Source of the DNA: a virus
Taxonomy: Duplodnaviria; Caudoviricetes
Reading direction: 5' to 3' (one strand)
Length of the DNA: 64,000 bases
IMG/VR virus record: IMGVR_UViG_2974786931_000001
Span: 32,001-96,000 of that record
In this document: positions 9,871 to 18,461 of the stretch, piece after piece
Layout of the letters: each line of letters begins with the position of its first letter
Numbering within the stretch: the stretch's first letter is position 1
Program-made: the position numbers and the translations under genes
Notes under the pieces: generated by a model
Told to the model about the DNA's origin: nothing
What the model saw: only the letters and a program-made list of their open reading frames with translations
The model's database searches: none

Positions 9871-10071
9871 TTACCATAGTCGTTTCCACCAAGGTTTAAG
9901 CATATATGAATCAGCCCATACAATTTGTTTTTTAATTGTAGGTATAAATCCAGGTTTCGAAAGATCGTAATAATTCTTTTCATCACGTTTAACGCAAATT
10001 GCACCCAGTGGAGAAGCTAAAGTGAAGCCTGCATTAACTTTCAGATTCTTAAATTTTGTTTGTATTAACAT
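9871..10071 (-). CDS. a-gt.3-like hypothetical protein
   Basis: Synteny; C-terminal KPWW. Confidence 0.6.
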   Translation of the reverse strand: MLIQTKFKNLKVNAGFTLASPLGAICVKRDEKNYYDLSKPGFIPTIKKQIVWADSYMLKPWWKRLW

Positions 10072-10378
10072 TAATTAAGTCCCATACAGATTTACGAGTA
10101 GTAGCCCATTGAGTAGCTATCAATTCGTCGTTATAAGGCTGCTTATAGAAATCACGAAGTTTCTTAAGCGAATATGAATAAGCCGCAAAATTATTATCTA
10201 AAACTGAATCATATGCTACTTGTTGTAGACGTGCAATTTCGCGTTTATTCTTTTTAAGGAATTTATTAGCCTTTGCTTTAGCTTGAATCTCAACTTCAGT
10301 TTGGGCTTGATCGATAATTTCTTGAATTCGTTCTTCATTAATAACTGTATCAGGCTCGTTCATTTTAGGTTGAATCAT
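10049..10378 (-). CDS. a-gt.4: a-gt.4-like protein
   Basis: KANKFLKKNKREIARL motif; synteny. Confidence 0.8.
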   Translation of the reverse strand: MIQPKMNEPDTVINEERIQEIIDQAQTEVEIQAKAKANKFLKKNKREIARLQQVAYDSVLDNNFAAYSYSLKKLRDFYKQPYNDELIATQWATTRKSVWDLINVNTNKI

Positions 10379-10611
10379 AATTCCTCGAAAGGCTTAAAGT
10401 CAATAGAAACGCTGAATTCGGTATCAGTTACATTATATTGGTATTCAACTATACCGAAGTCAGAAGTAATGGTTTCATCTCCAGGATTTAAAGGATCTAT
10501 TTTAATAGGAATCTTAATAACATCCAAGAGATATAATTTTAAAAGATAAGGGATACTTGATACATCATCTATTTCATCTAGAAAGCCAGCTAGGTTAATC
10601 TTCAGGCTCAT
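10375..10611 (-). CDS. a-gt.5: a-gt.5-like protein
   Basis: [30 protein letters not shown]. Confidence 0.75.
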   Translation of the reverse strand: MSLKINLAGFLDEIDDVSSIPYLLKLYLLDVIKIPIKIDPLNPGDETITSDFGIVEYQYNVTDTEFSVSIDFKPFEEL

Positions 10612-11137
10612 ATAAAAATTCCAAATTAGCACCATCAGTTTCTGTTTCGCTCTTTTTAGGCCCTGGCGTCTTGAAAGCTGAGGTTTCGTACTGCGTCATT
10701 TTATCATAGATGTCTTGAATAAAGGTTTCATCTGCTAACGCTACTATATCGTCATCCATAGAGTCATAAACGTTATGGACAAAATAACTATATTTCTTTG
10801 CAATTTCTTTACGTTCTTTTTTGATACGTTGTACAAATGCGTGGAAACAAGCTGTGGTTATATATGCATGTGGATTGGTATATTTGGTTTCGTCATAGTT
10901 ATGGAGTCCTTTAATAGAAGCTTCAATACCATCAGAAATCATTTCTTCTTTCCATGAACGGGAGTATCCAGAGAAATTGAAACGCTTACATAAGCCTTCG
11001 GCAATCAGCATAATAGCCAAACCGATCGTATCATTCTGGCGAATAATTTTATTTGGATTTGTATTAGCTCTAAGGCGGGTTTTCCATTCTACAATGGCTG
11101 CTTGGAGCTCCTTATTGTTTACATAATTATTAGCCAT
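10595..11137 (-). CDS. 55: Late-transcription sigma factor gp55
   Basis: [15 protein letters not shown] and NPHAYIT motifs. Confidence 0.98.
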   Translation of the reverse strand: MANNYVNNKELQAAIVEWKTRLRANTNPNKIIRQNDTIGLAIMLIAEGLCKRFNFSGYSRSWKEEMISDGIEASIKGLHNYDETKYTNPHAYITTACFHAFVQRIKKERKEIAKKYSYFVHNVYDSMDDDIVALADETFIQDIYDKMTQYETSAFKTPGPKKSETETDGANLEFLYEPED

Positions 11138-11206
11138 GATGCCTCTGTTGTTATATATGTATTTAATACTTATTATATCACTTATTCTTTATTAAAGTAG
11201 TTTGCT

Positions 11207-11581
11207 TTAAAATGTTTCAAGTTCTTTAAGCAATTCACGAATTTCGTCTAGAACCATTTCTTTAGTTCTAGGTGGTTTAATAGGCTCGAACTTGTTGTCG
11301 GTAACTTCATTAAAATATTTGCTTTCATCTTCAAAGAAAAGAGCCAAGTAACTATGGTCTTCAGCATTTATTTCTTTAGTGGCAGACCGAGCTTCTAAAG
11401 CATCACCATCTTGAGTAGTGCTTAATACTAAAAATGGTTCTAAATGTGCATAATCTTCAAATAATTGTTCGCAAATAGTTTTATTAATACTATCATTATA
11501 AACGAAAGTTTGATAATCATGGAAAGAAGCAAACTTGTAATAATGCCCAGGTTTAAAGAAATTAACTTTTGTCATTTTCAA
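11207..11581 (-). CDS. Hypothetical protein (paralog of 11562 and 13023 ORFs)
   Basis: ORF on the early/middle strand overlapping its neighbour. Confidence 0.7.
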   Translation of the reverse strand: MKMTKVNFFKPGHYYKFASFHDYQTFVYNDSINKTICEQLFEDYAHLEPFLVLSTTQDGDALEARSATKEINAEDHSYLALFFEDESKYFNEVTDNKFEPIKPPRTKEMVLDEIRELLKELETF

Positions 11582-11978
11582 CCTCTTTCAATTCAGCTTC
11601 TAATTTAGAAATACGCTTTTTATGTGATACAATTTTTAATTTAAGGTCAGCAATTTTATACGATTTAGATAATTCAGGATCGCATAATTGGAAATATTCT
11701 TGCTGTTCAGGTTCAATCATATAAAACTCAAATGATTCTAGTAAAGATTCATCATTTATTTCTTTAGCGTATTGATGACAAGGATGCACTGAAATATTAG
11801 TTACTGTACCATTAATGACAGATTCTACTTTAAAAGGGCGAAGCCCTACACAATTAATAAATTTATTAACTTCCATCATATAGTCATATACATCATATCG
11901 CAATTTAGTTGGCAAATCTCTAAGATAATTTTTAATTTCTTCATTATCTCTAAATTGGTACCATTGACCTTTAATCAT
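11562..11978 (-). CDS. Hypothetical protein
   Basis: ORF with ATGA coupling. Confidence 0.7.
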   Translation of the reverse strand: MIKGQWYQFRDNEEIKNYLRDLPTKLRYDVYDYMMEVNKFINCVGLRPFKVESVINGTVTNISVHPCHQYAKEINDESLLESFEFYMIEPEQQEYFQLCDPELSKSYKIADLKLKIVSHKKRISKLEAELKEVENDKS

Positions 11979-12202
11979 GATAAATCCTTAGCAGCTTGTA
12001 ATGCATCATCTAGAAGACTAAACGTATCAACTGTAAAGTAAATTTCTCGTGTAGAATCAAATTGGTATAGCCACCACACGCCAAAATCTTCTTCAATGGC
12101 CCACTGTGTTCTATTAGAATGGCTTTCAATAAGTAATCTATCGTCAGAAGTAGATTTTACTGTGTATCCAATTAGCACAAGGTCTCGAGCAAGATTTTTC
12201 AT
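11975..12202 (-). CDS. 55.1: gp55.1-like protein
   Basis: GYTVK...IEEDF..WWLY...VDTF motif. Confidence 0.7.
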   Translation of the reverse strand: MKNLARDLVLIGYTVKSTSDDRLLIESHSNRTQWAIEEDFGVWWLYQFDSTREIYFTVDTFSLLDDALQAAKDLS

Positions 12203-12409
12203 TTATTTTATTTCCTGGATGTAATGAATTTCAGGCACATACAAAGCTCTATCTAAAATTTCTTTAGCATCCATAGCTTCTTGACGTGTATCAAATCTAT
12301 AGGCTTCTTCAATATGGTTAAAATAGCTAGGAGCACCCCATTTTGTGTCAACAAAATATAAACGTTCGATACCAGGCCGGTTGGATTTAGTATAAAGAAT
12401 ATATTTCAT
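12203..12409 (-). CDS. Hypothetical protein
   Basis: Tightly packed ORF. Confidence 0.65.
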   Translation of the reverse strand: MKYILYTKSNRPGIERLYFVDTKWGAPSYFNHIEEAYRFDTRQEAMDAKEILDRALYVPEIHYIQEIK

Positions 12410-12738
12410 AGTGCAGCCTTAACTGATTTAACATCGCGAAAACCTTTCTTGCGTTGATTCTTCATTTTACGAATAGCTGAATCAGAAATAGTGCTTAAAC
12501 CTTTTACTTTGCTTTCAATACCAAAAGCTTTGATATCAAATTCACGAAGAATATATTCTACTAACAGTTCACGAATACGTGCTTTACCGATCTTTTGGTC
12601 GTTTTCTTTCATATTGCCGTGGAGTTGGATTTCCCACTCATCAAGTAAAGAAGGTGTCACAAAAGTACCTTGTTCCATCATAGCTTCAATTTTATTAAAA
12701 GCGAAAGAATTCAAAACGTTTTTGATTGCTTGTGACAT
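12406..12738 (-). CDS. 55.2: gp55.2-like protein (host topoisomerase I inhibitor in T4)
   Basis: MSQAIKNVLNSFA...KIGKARIREL...KMKNQRKK; GAGG RBS before ATG 12738. Confidence 0.8.
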   Translation of the reverse strand: MSQAIKNVLNSFAFNKIEAMMEQGTFVTPSLLDEWEIQLHGNMKENDQKIGKARIRELLVEYILREFDIKAFGIESKVKGLSTISDSAIRKMKNQRKKGFRDVKSVKAAL

Positions 12739-12769
12739 GTTATTTTCCTCATTGATATTCGATGTAGCC

Positions 12770-12796
12770 ATCTTATATTAAAATGGCTAAAGCAAA
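12770..12796 (-). promoter_or_regulatory. Middle promoter
   Basis: MotA box TTTGCTTTA, then TAAGAT. Confidence 0.6.
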
Positions 12797-13021
12797 TTAT
12801 TTAATTTTAGAGGCAATAACCGAGGCATCAGCCATACTGATACAAGGGTTCAAGGATATAATAGCCTGAGCTACTTTGTCACTTGAACCTCTGACATATG
12901 TCATAAGACCGTTAGTTCTTATAGTAATGAATGAATCTTCTACTTCAATCTTAACTGTAATACGGTCATAAGCATTTAAAAGAATCGCGAAGTCATAGTT
13001 TGCTTTAGAAGATACAATCAT
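12797..13021 (-). CDS. Hypothetical protein
   Basis: Packed ORF. Confidence 0.65.
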   Translation of the reverse strand: MIVSSKANYDFAILLNAYDRITVKIEVEDSFITIRTNGLMTYVRGSSDKVAQAIISLNPCISMADASVIASKIK

Positions 13022-13022
13022 A

Positions 13023-13406
13023 TTAGTGCCCTAATTTAAGTTTAACTAAATTCAAAGCCATTTCACTGATACGTAATAGCGCGCCAACATCAAGATTAGA
13101 TAAATCTGGTTCTATTGGTTTGATATATTCGTATAATTCAAAATATTCTTCCAATTCTTCTGAACTCAAAACGCATGACGTAGGCAAATCAGCATCTGTC
13201 AGTAAAGCACCAGTATGGTTTTTAATTGCATGCACATTACCAGTACCAATACACTTTTTAGCATCGACGATACCATATATTACTTCAAACACTGCATCTG
13301 TTACTTGATCTAGCCCTGATGTGATAAAAGATGCAATTTGCCCATTAACGCCGTGGCATGCAGAAAATTGTTTATATGAGTAAAAACTTTTGAATTTATA
13401 TTTCAT
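13023..13406 (-). CDS. Hypothetical early protein
   Basis: First gene after an early promoter; GAGGAG RBS. Confidence 0.75.
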   Translation of the reverse strand: MKYKFKSFYSYKQFSACHGVNGQIASFITSGLDQVTDAVFEVIYGIVDAKKCIGTGNVHAIKNHTGALLTDADLPTSCVLSSEELEEYFELYEYIKPIEPDLSNLDVGALLRISEMALNLVKLKLGH

Positions 13407-13433
13407 ACTATACTCCTCTTTTTAGATAGGAGT

Positions 13434-13463
13434 ATAGTAACATGAGTATAGAAGAATGTAAAC
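13434..13463 (-). promoter_or_regulatory. T4-type early promoter
   Basis: GTTTAC-N18-TACTAT. Confidence 0.85.
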
Positions 13464-13762
13464 TATTCTTCTATCAAATCAGAATCATGACCTAGAGAAA
13501 TCAGCAGTGAACGTAGGGCCGCCAGGTCGTTTAAAGGAGAATTTTTGAATGTTACTATAGGGTAGGATAAAGCTAGTGTCTTGGAGCCTATAAGCGATGC
13601 TAACTTTTTAATTAGTTCTCGGTCAAAAATAATGTCATTACCATGCTTGTTTATTACAGGAATAAACTCATAAGAAGCTCCTACATCATCTAGAAGCTTC
13701 TTAACAGTTCTACAAGCATGACATCTATGAATTTCTTCAGGGATGCCATATACTTTAATCAT
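13463..13762 (-). CDS. nrdH: Glutaredoxin NrdH
   Basis: IKVYGIPE..HRCHAC...LSYP; synteny. Confidence 0.85.
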   Translation of the reverse strand: MIKVYGIPEEIHRCHACRTVKKLLDDVGASYEFIPVINKHGNDIIFDRELIKKLASLIGSKTLALSYPIVTFKNSPLNDLAALRSLLISLGHDSDLIEE

Positions 13763-14028
13763 TGCTTTTGAATCTGCAATTTAATTTTAGGCTTATACGT
13801 CCACAGAGCATCGCCAACATTAATTTCAATAACAAAATCGCAATCGCCTGTAAAGAATGTTACGTCGATTTCATAACCTGAAGTTTCTTTAGCATCTAAG
13901 ATTGCATCATAATCAGATTCAGCGCCGATAAAAAAGTCTGTATTTAATACACAATCGTATAAGCAAATACCATCACCAATATCGTCCCATGCTGCCCACT
14001 TCTTAACTACGAATTCAGATAGACGCAT
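13759..14028 (-). CDS. Hypothetical protein
   Basis: Overlapping ORF. Confidence 0.65.
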   Translation of the reverse strand: MRLSEFVVKKWAAWDDIGDGICLYDCVLNTDFFIGAESDYDAILDAKETSGYEIDVTFFTGDCDFVIEINVGDALWTYKPKIKLQIQKQ

Positions 14029-14257
14029 TTTTAGTGGCCTTCTTGGCTTTAATGATGTCAGATTGTTTTTTAATCTCGTCTTTAAGACCAGTGAAAACTA
14101 TTGTGATATCGTCGGTTTTAGAATCTGAAGAAAATACTGATAACAAAGCAATAACTACAATAACAGGAATAGCAGCCAAACAAATATAAATGAAAAGAAT
14201 CAAGCTGATAAGTGTAGTAGCAATTTTTACAAATTGCGCAAAAAATTTATTAATCAC
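14015..14257 (-). CDS. Hypothetical membrane protein
   Basis: Long hydrophobic N-terminal segment; GTG start overlaps the upstream stop. Confidence 0.65.
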   Translation of the reverse strand: MINKFFAQFVKIATTLISLILFIYICLAAIPVIVVIALLSVFSSDSKTDDITIVFTGLKDEIKKQSDIIKAKKATKNASI

Positions 14258-14418
14258 AGGAATTCACCTTTTTCGTAGTAAGAGAAACTTTCTTCTTCGT
14301 TCATAAAACTTTCCAACCCAGTCGGAAGAGCACCGTCAATAGTAGAGATAAGTGCTTTAGCTTTTTGAAGTTGAGACATTAAATAATTATTTTCTTCAAT
14401 CAATTTTTCAATTTGCAT
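14254..14418 (-). CDS. Hypothetical 54-aa protein
   Basis: Manual translation MQIEKLIEENNYLMSQLQKAKALISTIDG...KGEFL; overlaps both neighbours. Confidence 0.55.
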   Translation of the reverse strand: MQIEKLIEENNYLMSQLQKAKALISTIDGALPTGLESFMNEEESFSYYEKGEFL

Positions 14419-14519
14419 CACGCCACCATTACAAAGATATATAAAGAAGGGAATTCTTCGCCAAAAGCACAGATATAATTATAAAATACATCTGCAATAA
14501 AAGGGATTATTTGATTCAT
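14418..14519 (-). CDS. Hypothetical 33-aa hydrophobic peptide
   Basis: MNQIIPFIADVFYNYICAFGEEFPSLYIFVMVA; ATG overlaps the gene 49 TGA. Confidence 0.45.
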   Translation of the reverse strand: MNQIIPFIADVFYNYICAFGEEFPSLYIFVMVA

Positions 14520-14986
14520 TTAAGTGATTTCCTTAATTGTTTTTTGAATGATGCTTGAAGTTTTGTTTTGGTTTCATCTCCGTAAACAAAACCGTATTTT
14601 TTCATTTCAAGTATCATATCATCTTTTCCTAATCTACCAAATTCTTTTGCTTTATCCGTGATATAATTAGGGTGAATATTTGCATTGCTATAATCTATTT
14701 CAAGATAGGACAACATATTTTTAAGCCATTCTAGGTAGTCGACATCACGACTTTTTAAACCCGACCGATTAAATTTATGTCTAATTTGTCCTTCAGCAGT
14801 ATTGCACCATGGGCATAGTAAACCACGAATCTTACCAGCTTTTGGCCCGATCAATTCGTGGTCGTGGTCAAGGTGATTACTTTGAACATCTTTGTCCAGC
14901 TCTAGTTTACATGTTGGGCAAATACCATTCTGTGCATTATAATATTTTTCTTTTTCTTCTTTATACGTTCTAGCTGTTAATAACAC
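14516..14986 (-). CDS. 49: Endonuclease VII (Holliday junction resolvase) gp49
   Basis: CPTC, HLDHDH and RGLLCPWCN motifs. Confidence 0.97.
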   Translation of the reverse strand: MLLTARTYKEEKEKYYNAQNGICPTCKLELDKDVQSNHLDHDHELIGPKAGKIRGLLCPWCNTAEGQIRHKFNRSGLKSRDVDYLEWLKNMLSYLEIDYSNANIHPNYITDKAKEFGRLGKDDMILEMKKYGFVYGDETKTKLQASFKKQLRKSLK

Positions 14987-14987
14987 A

Positions 14988-15025
14988 GTTCACCTCAAAG
15001 CAATAATAAGATGAACGTATTTATT
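14988..15025 (-). promoter_or_regulatory. Late promoter plus RBS-occluding hairpin of gene 49
   Basis: AATAAATA followed by GTTCATCTTA...TGAGGTGAAC, which sequesters the SD in long early transcripts; same design as in T4. Confidence 0.75.
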
Positions 15026-15028
15026 AGT

Positions 15029-15472
15029 TTAGAAGCTTGGACAATCTAGTTCTTTTTCTAGCCAGCGAATATAAGCTGCAGCTTTAACTATCAGATCGTA
15101 TTCTTCAGTATCGCAGTTTTCTTGTGACGCCATTTTATCTAAAGCTAATACAATTGGACGCCCTGCATACATATTGAAATCATTAATCACTTCAATAGGG
15201 TCACTAGAAATCTCTTCGATTTGTTCTATAAGATGAGCCATGTCATTGTCAGTATAAAAGGCCCAGAACAGAGAATTAGGAAATTCTGTAATATCGATCA
15301 ATGGACCAGCACGAAATTGAACAGCTGTGATGCCAGTAGCCCATCTTTTCTCTTCAATTTTTACAACTTTGAATTCAGCACCTTTCTTGAATTCTGGATG
15401 ATAAACAACAGTACCACTGCCAGAATCAAAATCTTCACCGATTATTTTATAGCATTGACCGATATTAAGCAT
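15029..15472 (-). CDS. pin: Pin-like inhibitor of host Lon protease
   Basis: C-terminal ALDKMASQENCD.EEYDLIVKAAAYIRWLE; immediately upstream of 49. Confidence 0.8.
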   Translation of the reverse strand: MLNIGQCYKIIGEDFDSGSGTVVYHPEFKKGAEFKVVKIEEKRWATGITAVQFRAGPLIDITEFPNSLFWAFYTDNDMAHLIEQIEEISSDPIEVINDFNMYAGRPIVLALDKMASQENCDTEEYDLIVKAAAYIRWLEKELDCPSF

Positions 15473-15481
15473 AATATTTCC

Positions 15482-15790
15482 TTAGCAATTAACCCAATTG
15501 ATAACAGTTTTAGTTACAACTTCTTCTACTTTGCGAACAACTGAAACATCAGGGTCTTCATAATGCCAATCTGTATGATAAGAACCTGAACGTGCTTCAT
15601 TTACTGCAATAAAGACACAATGCTTAGTAGACCAATAGATAACTTGACGATACTGATGCTTATGGTTTTGAGTCCACTCGTCGGCTTCGACTTCTTCCAA
15701 ATATTCACTGTCATCAAAGTCTGGTGTATCAGACCAACGGCTATTAGAATGTTCTTTAATAATTTCTTTAATAATTTCTTGATTAGTCAT
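15482..15790 (-). CDS. gp49.2-like protein
   Basis: WTQNHKHQYRQV...RSGSYHTDW motif. Confidence 0.65.
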   Translation of the reverse strand: MTNQEIIKEIIKEHSNSRWSDTPDFDDSEYLEEVEADEWTQNHKHQYRQVIYWSTKHCVFIAVNEARSGSYHTDWHYEDPDVSVVRKVEEVVTKTVINWVNC

Positions 15791-16131
15791 TTTTTATATT
15801 TCTCTTCTAATGAACTTGAAATACATTTATATGCTTCATGACCTGCATTAATCAAAGGAAGACGTTCATCGTATGAAATCAACTTATCATGAACTTCAGG
15901 CTTATCTCGCTTAAGAGCATCATATTTGCTTCTAGTCATAGTTAAATGCCAAATTCGCATAATTTCAAATTGAGCATGAATAGACGAAATAACATGGATT
16001 GGATCAATATCTTCTTCTATGCATTTTTGCATGATGTGTAAAGCAAATATATCAGTTTCTTCACTAATATAACTATCAATAAATTTAGTTAATTCGGGTG
16101 TTGCATTTCCAAAGTCATCGCGGCCTTCCAT
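15787..16131 (-). CDS. Hypothetical protein
   Basis: ORF with RBS. Confidence 0.65.
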   Translation of the reverse strand: MEGRDDFGNATPELTKFIDSYISEETDIFALHIMQKCIEEDIDPIHVISSIHAQFEIMRIWHLTMTRSKYDALKRDKPEVHDKLISYDERLPLINAGHEAYKCISSSLEEKYKK

Positions 16132-16140
16132 AACAAATCC

Positions 16141-16413
16141 TTATTTAAGATATTCACGTAGTTCAGTAAAGCCACCGATATAATCTTCACCTTCAAAGAT
16201 TTGTGGCATAGTCAGCCCAACTTTAGTATCACGATTGAGTTTATCAAGTAAAGTCAGAATAACACCATCATCAAACACAGGACCATTTTCATCTTTATTA
16301 ATAACAACAGAGATAAATTTAAATTCTTTTTTCTTAGTAGCAAGTAAACGTTTAGCATTGATGCAAGGGACACACTTATGAATGTGTTCGTCATAGCCAT
16401 AAATCGTAAACAT
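16141..16413 (-). CDS. nrdC: Glutaredoxin/thioredoxin NrdC
   Basis: YGYD..IHKCVPC...LTMPQIF...IGGF. Confidence 0.93.
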   Translation of the reverse strand: MFTIYGYDEHIHKCVPCINAKRLLATKKKEFKFISVVINKDENGPVFDDGVILTLLDKLNRDTKVGLTMPQIFEGEDYIGGFTELREYLK

Positions 16414-16415
16414 CT

Positions 16416-16643
16416 TTAATCCTTATATTCTATATAAATGTCTGGACGTCCTATTTTACACAAGATAAAATCAAGCAAATGACCTGGATTATAATTGGTA
16501 GAATCACAACAAGAAGCAAATGGCATCAAATCATCATAGACAATGCCATCAATTTCTACTTTATAGCCTGTAGCGCTATTCCAACAACCTAGCTCACAGT
16601 CACCGCTTTCAGTGTATATTTCATCGACTTTAATTTCCATCAA
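16416..16643 (-). CDS. Hypothetical protein
   Basis: Packed ORF. Confidence 0.6.
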   Translation of the reverse strand: MMEIKVDEIYTESGDCELGCWNSATGYKVEIDGIVYDDLMPFASCCDSTNYNPGHLLDFILCKIGRPDIYIEYKD

Positions 16644-16833
16644 TAACTACCTCAAATTTATGTCTGCACCGACGGCATTTAAATTGAACTGGAGATTTAA
16701 ACCAACCAATAAGTTGTACCTGTTCGCTATTACAACTTGGGCATATTGGTGCTTTTTTGCTGGCTTGCTCACGCCGTTCTACAATTTCAATCATTCTAGC
16801 ATAGAAAATATCTTCATTTAATTGATTTTTCAT
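16630..16833 (-). CDS. Zinc-ribbon protein
   Basis: CPSC...CRRC. Confidence 0.7.
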   Translation of the reverse strand: MKNQLNEDIFYARMIEIVERREQASKKAPICPSCNSEQVQLIGWFKSPVQFKCRRCRHKFEVVIDGN

Positions 16834-16834
16834 A

Positions 16835-16921
16835 TTAATCTCGATTAAAAACAAAGATCATGGCTAAACTTACACAGAATACTACAGCAATACAAGCACC
16901 TACAATTATTTCAATAATCAT
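16835..16921 (-). CDS. 28-aa membrane peptide
   Basis: MIIEIIVGACIAVVFCVSLAMIFVFNRD; ATGA coupling. Confidence 0.45.
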   Translation of the reverse strand: MIIEIIVGACIAVVFCVSLAMIFVFNRD

Positions 16922-17160
16922 AAAATTACCCAGCCTTTAACTGAATCGAACCAGACTTTACGGTCTAATTCTATAGAGCATTTAGAACCTGAGATATTTG
17001 TATGCGTTACTATGATGCCATGCCCTTCAGTTTCAAATGCCGCAAATTTAATGTCGTGTTCTACTCTAGAACTAAAAATATATGGTAGACCATTAAGTAC
17101 AACAATCTGTCCAGTTATCAATTTACTAGGTAGAACATAAGTAATATCAAGTGGATTCAT
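16918..17160 (-). CDS. Hypothetical protein
   Basis: ORF. Confidence 0.6.
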   Translation of the reverse strand: MNPLDITYVLPSKLITGQIVVLNGLPYIFSSRVEHDIKFAAFETEGHGIIVTHTNISGSKCSIELDRKVWFDSVKGWVIL

Positions 17161-17173
17161 TCTATCATAATCC

Positions 17174-17461
17174 TTAAGTAAAGTAAACTGATGGTTTTCG
17201 TTTTGGTTCTAGATCTTTCAAATCAGTCTTATACACTTGCAAAGCTGTTGCTTTGAGATTTTTAAAAACATTCACGGCAGCTATTTGTCGACGGTCCATT
17301 GCAATAAGGCCTACAGTTTTACAGACAATATCAGACTCTAAATTGTTAGAAAATACTGGATATCTTAGTGAATAAGCCATATCGATTTCAAATGATTTAC
17401 GAGCCATTTGCAGATTTGTCTCGTAGCGTTTCAATGCTTCTAATTTAAGTTTTATACTCAT
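17174..17461 (-). CDS. Hypothetical protein
   Basis: ATGA coupling. Confidence 0.65.
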   Translation of the reverse strand: MSIKLKLEALKRYETNLQMARKSFEIDMAYSLRYPVFSNNLESDIVCKTVGLIAMDRRQIAAVNVFKNLKATALQVYKTDLKDLEPKRKPSVYFT

Positions 17462-18336
17462 TTTAGAGTTCTCAATGATTCTTGAAGTTTTGCTGCAGTT
17501 TTATCCAATACTATTACTTGGGCCAATAACTTATTTTTCTCTGCGAGAACTTCGTTTAATGATTCTTGAAGTTTTGCTGTACATTCAATTATTGCACTAG
17601 GAATAGATTCTTTAACTGGCTCGGCTATAAAATAATCTGAACTGTTTGATTCCGTTTTAAAATACAGCGAGTTAAGTTGAACACAAAGTGTTGTACCGTT
17701 ATCATGTACTTTATCAACAATAGACATTGCATTAAGCATTTTAAGAACATGCAATTTATTTCTGGCGAAATGATACGGTTTGGCTAAGTCGATAGTAATA
17801 CTATCTTTACATGTTTTGCTTATTGATGCAATAAAATGCTTAGTTCTAACCTTAACAACTACGCGGTCATTACCTGAGCACAATCTTGCACCTTGTGCAA
17901 TTAATCTATTAGATTCCATATTCAAGTATGAGACGAGCCATAAAGCACTATTGTCTGTAGTAAATGCATTATCGCCATTTACTACAAAACGTCCTGTATT
18001 ACGATAAACGCCTAATTTGCTTAATTTCTGCTCCGCAGAATACTTACTGAAAACATTCTTGCGTTTAAACAATTTCACGAATTCAGTGAATAACGAATTC
18101 GGTGACATAAACTTAGAAGATTCTAAGGTTTCATCTCTGGTATTTACATTACGTGGGTCCCAACCAGGCGCATCACAAATAGGATGAAAACCTGATAGTT
18201 CACTTACTTTATCATACAAATTTTCTAAAAATGAATCATCGATTCGAACAGATGAGTTAGAAAATACAGTACGATCGGAATACTTATCATCGATTTCAGT
18301 TGTAATTAAATCTTTTAACTCAGTGAATAAACTCAT
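17458..18336 (-). CDS. nrdC-region hypothetical protein with C-terminal coiled coil
   Basis: 292-aa ORF after a middle promoter; AKLQESL occurs twice. Confidence 0.75.
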   Translation of the reverse strand: MSLFTELKDLITTEIDDKYSDRTVFSNSSVRIDDSFLENLYDKVSELSGFHPICDAPGWDPRNVNTRDETLESSKFMSPNSLFTEFVKLFKRKNVFSKYSAEQKLSKLGVYRNTGRFVVNGDNAFTTDNSALWLVSYLNMESNRLIAQGARLCSGNDRVVVKVRTKHFIASISKTCKDSITIDLAKPYHFARNKLHVLKMLNAMSIVDKVHDNGTTLCVQLNSLYFKTESNSSDYFIAEPVKESIPSAIIECTAKLQESLNEVLAEKNKLLAQVIVLDKTAAKLQESLRTLK

Positions 18337-18367
18337 ATCAATTACCTAAATGGATAGACCTAAAGTC

Positions 18368-18394
18368 ATTATACCGTTATTTTTGTAAAGCATT
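18368..18394 (-). promoter_or_regulatory. Middle promoter
   Basis: MotA box AATGCTTTA, then TATAAT. Confidence 0.8.
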
Positions 18395-18461
18395 ATTTGT
18401 TCCACCATTGGATTATCAATAATGCTACCATAATAATAATCATTACCGTTACGCCATCCAT
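18393..18461 (-). CDS. 22-aa hydrophobic peptide
   Basis: MDGVTVMIIIMVALLIIQWWNK; TAATG coupling. Confidence 0.4.
   Translation of the reverse strand: MDGVTVMIIIMVALLIIQWWNK

Noticed and set aside
9669-10004. 111-aa alternative-frame ORF
   Set aside because: It overlaps two better-supported genes and has no RBS.
17477-17579. 19-bp direct repeat GATTCTTGAAGTTTTGCTG
   Set aside because: It is an in-frame coiled-coil duplication (AKLQES) with no sign of mobility.
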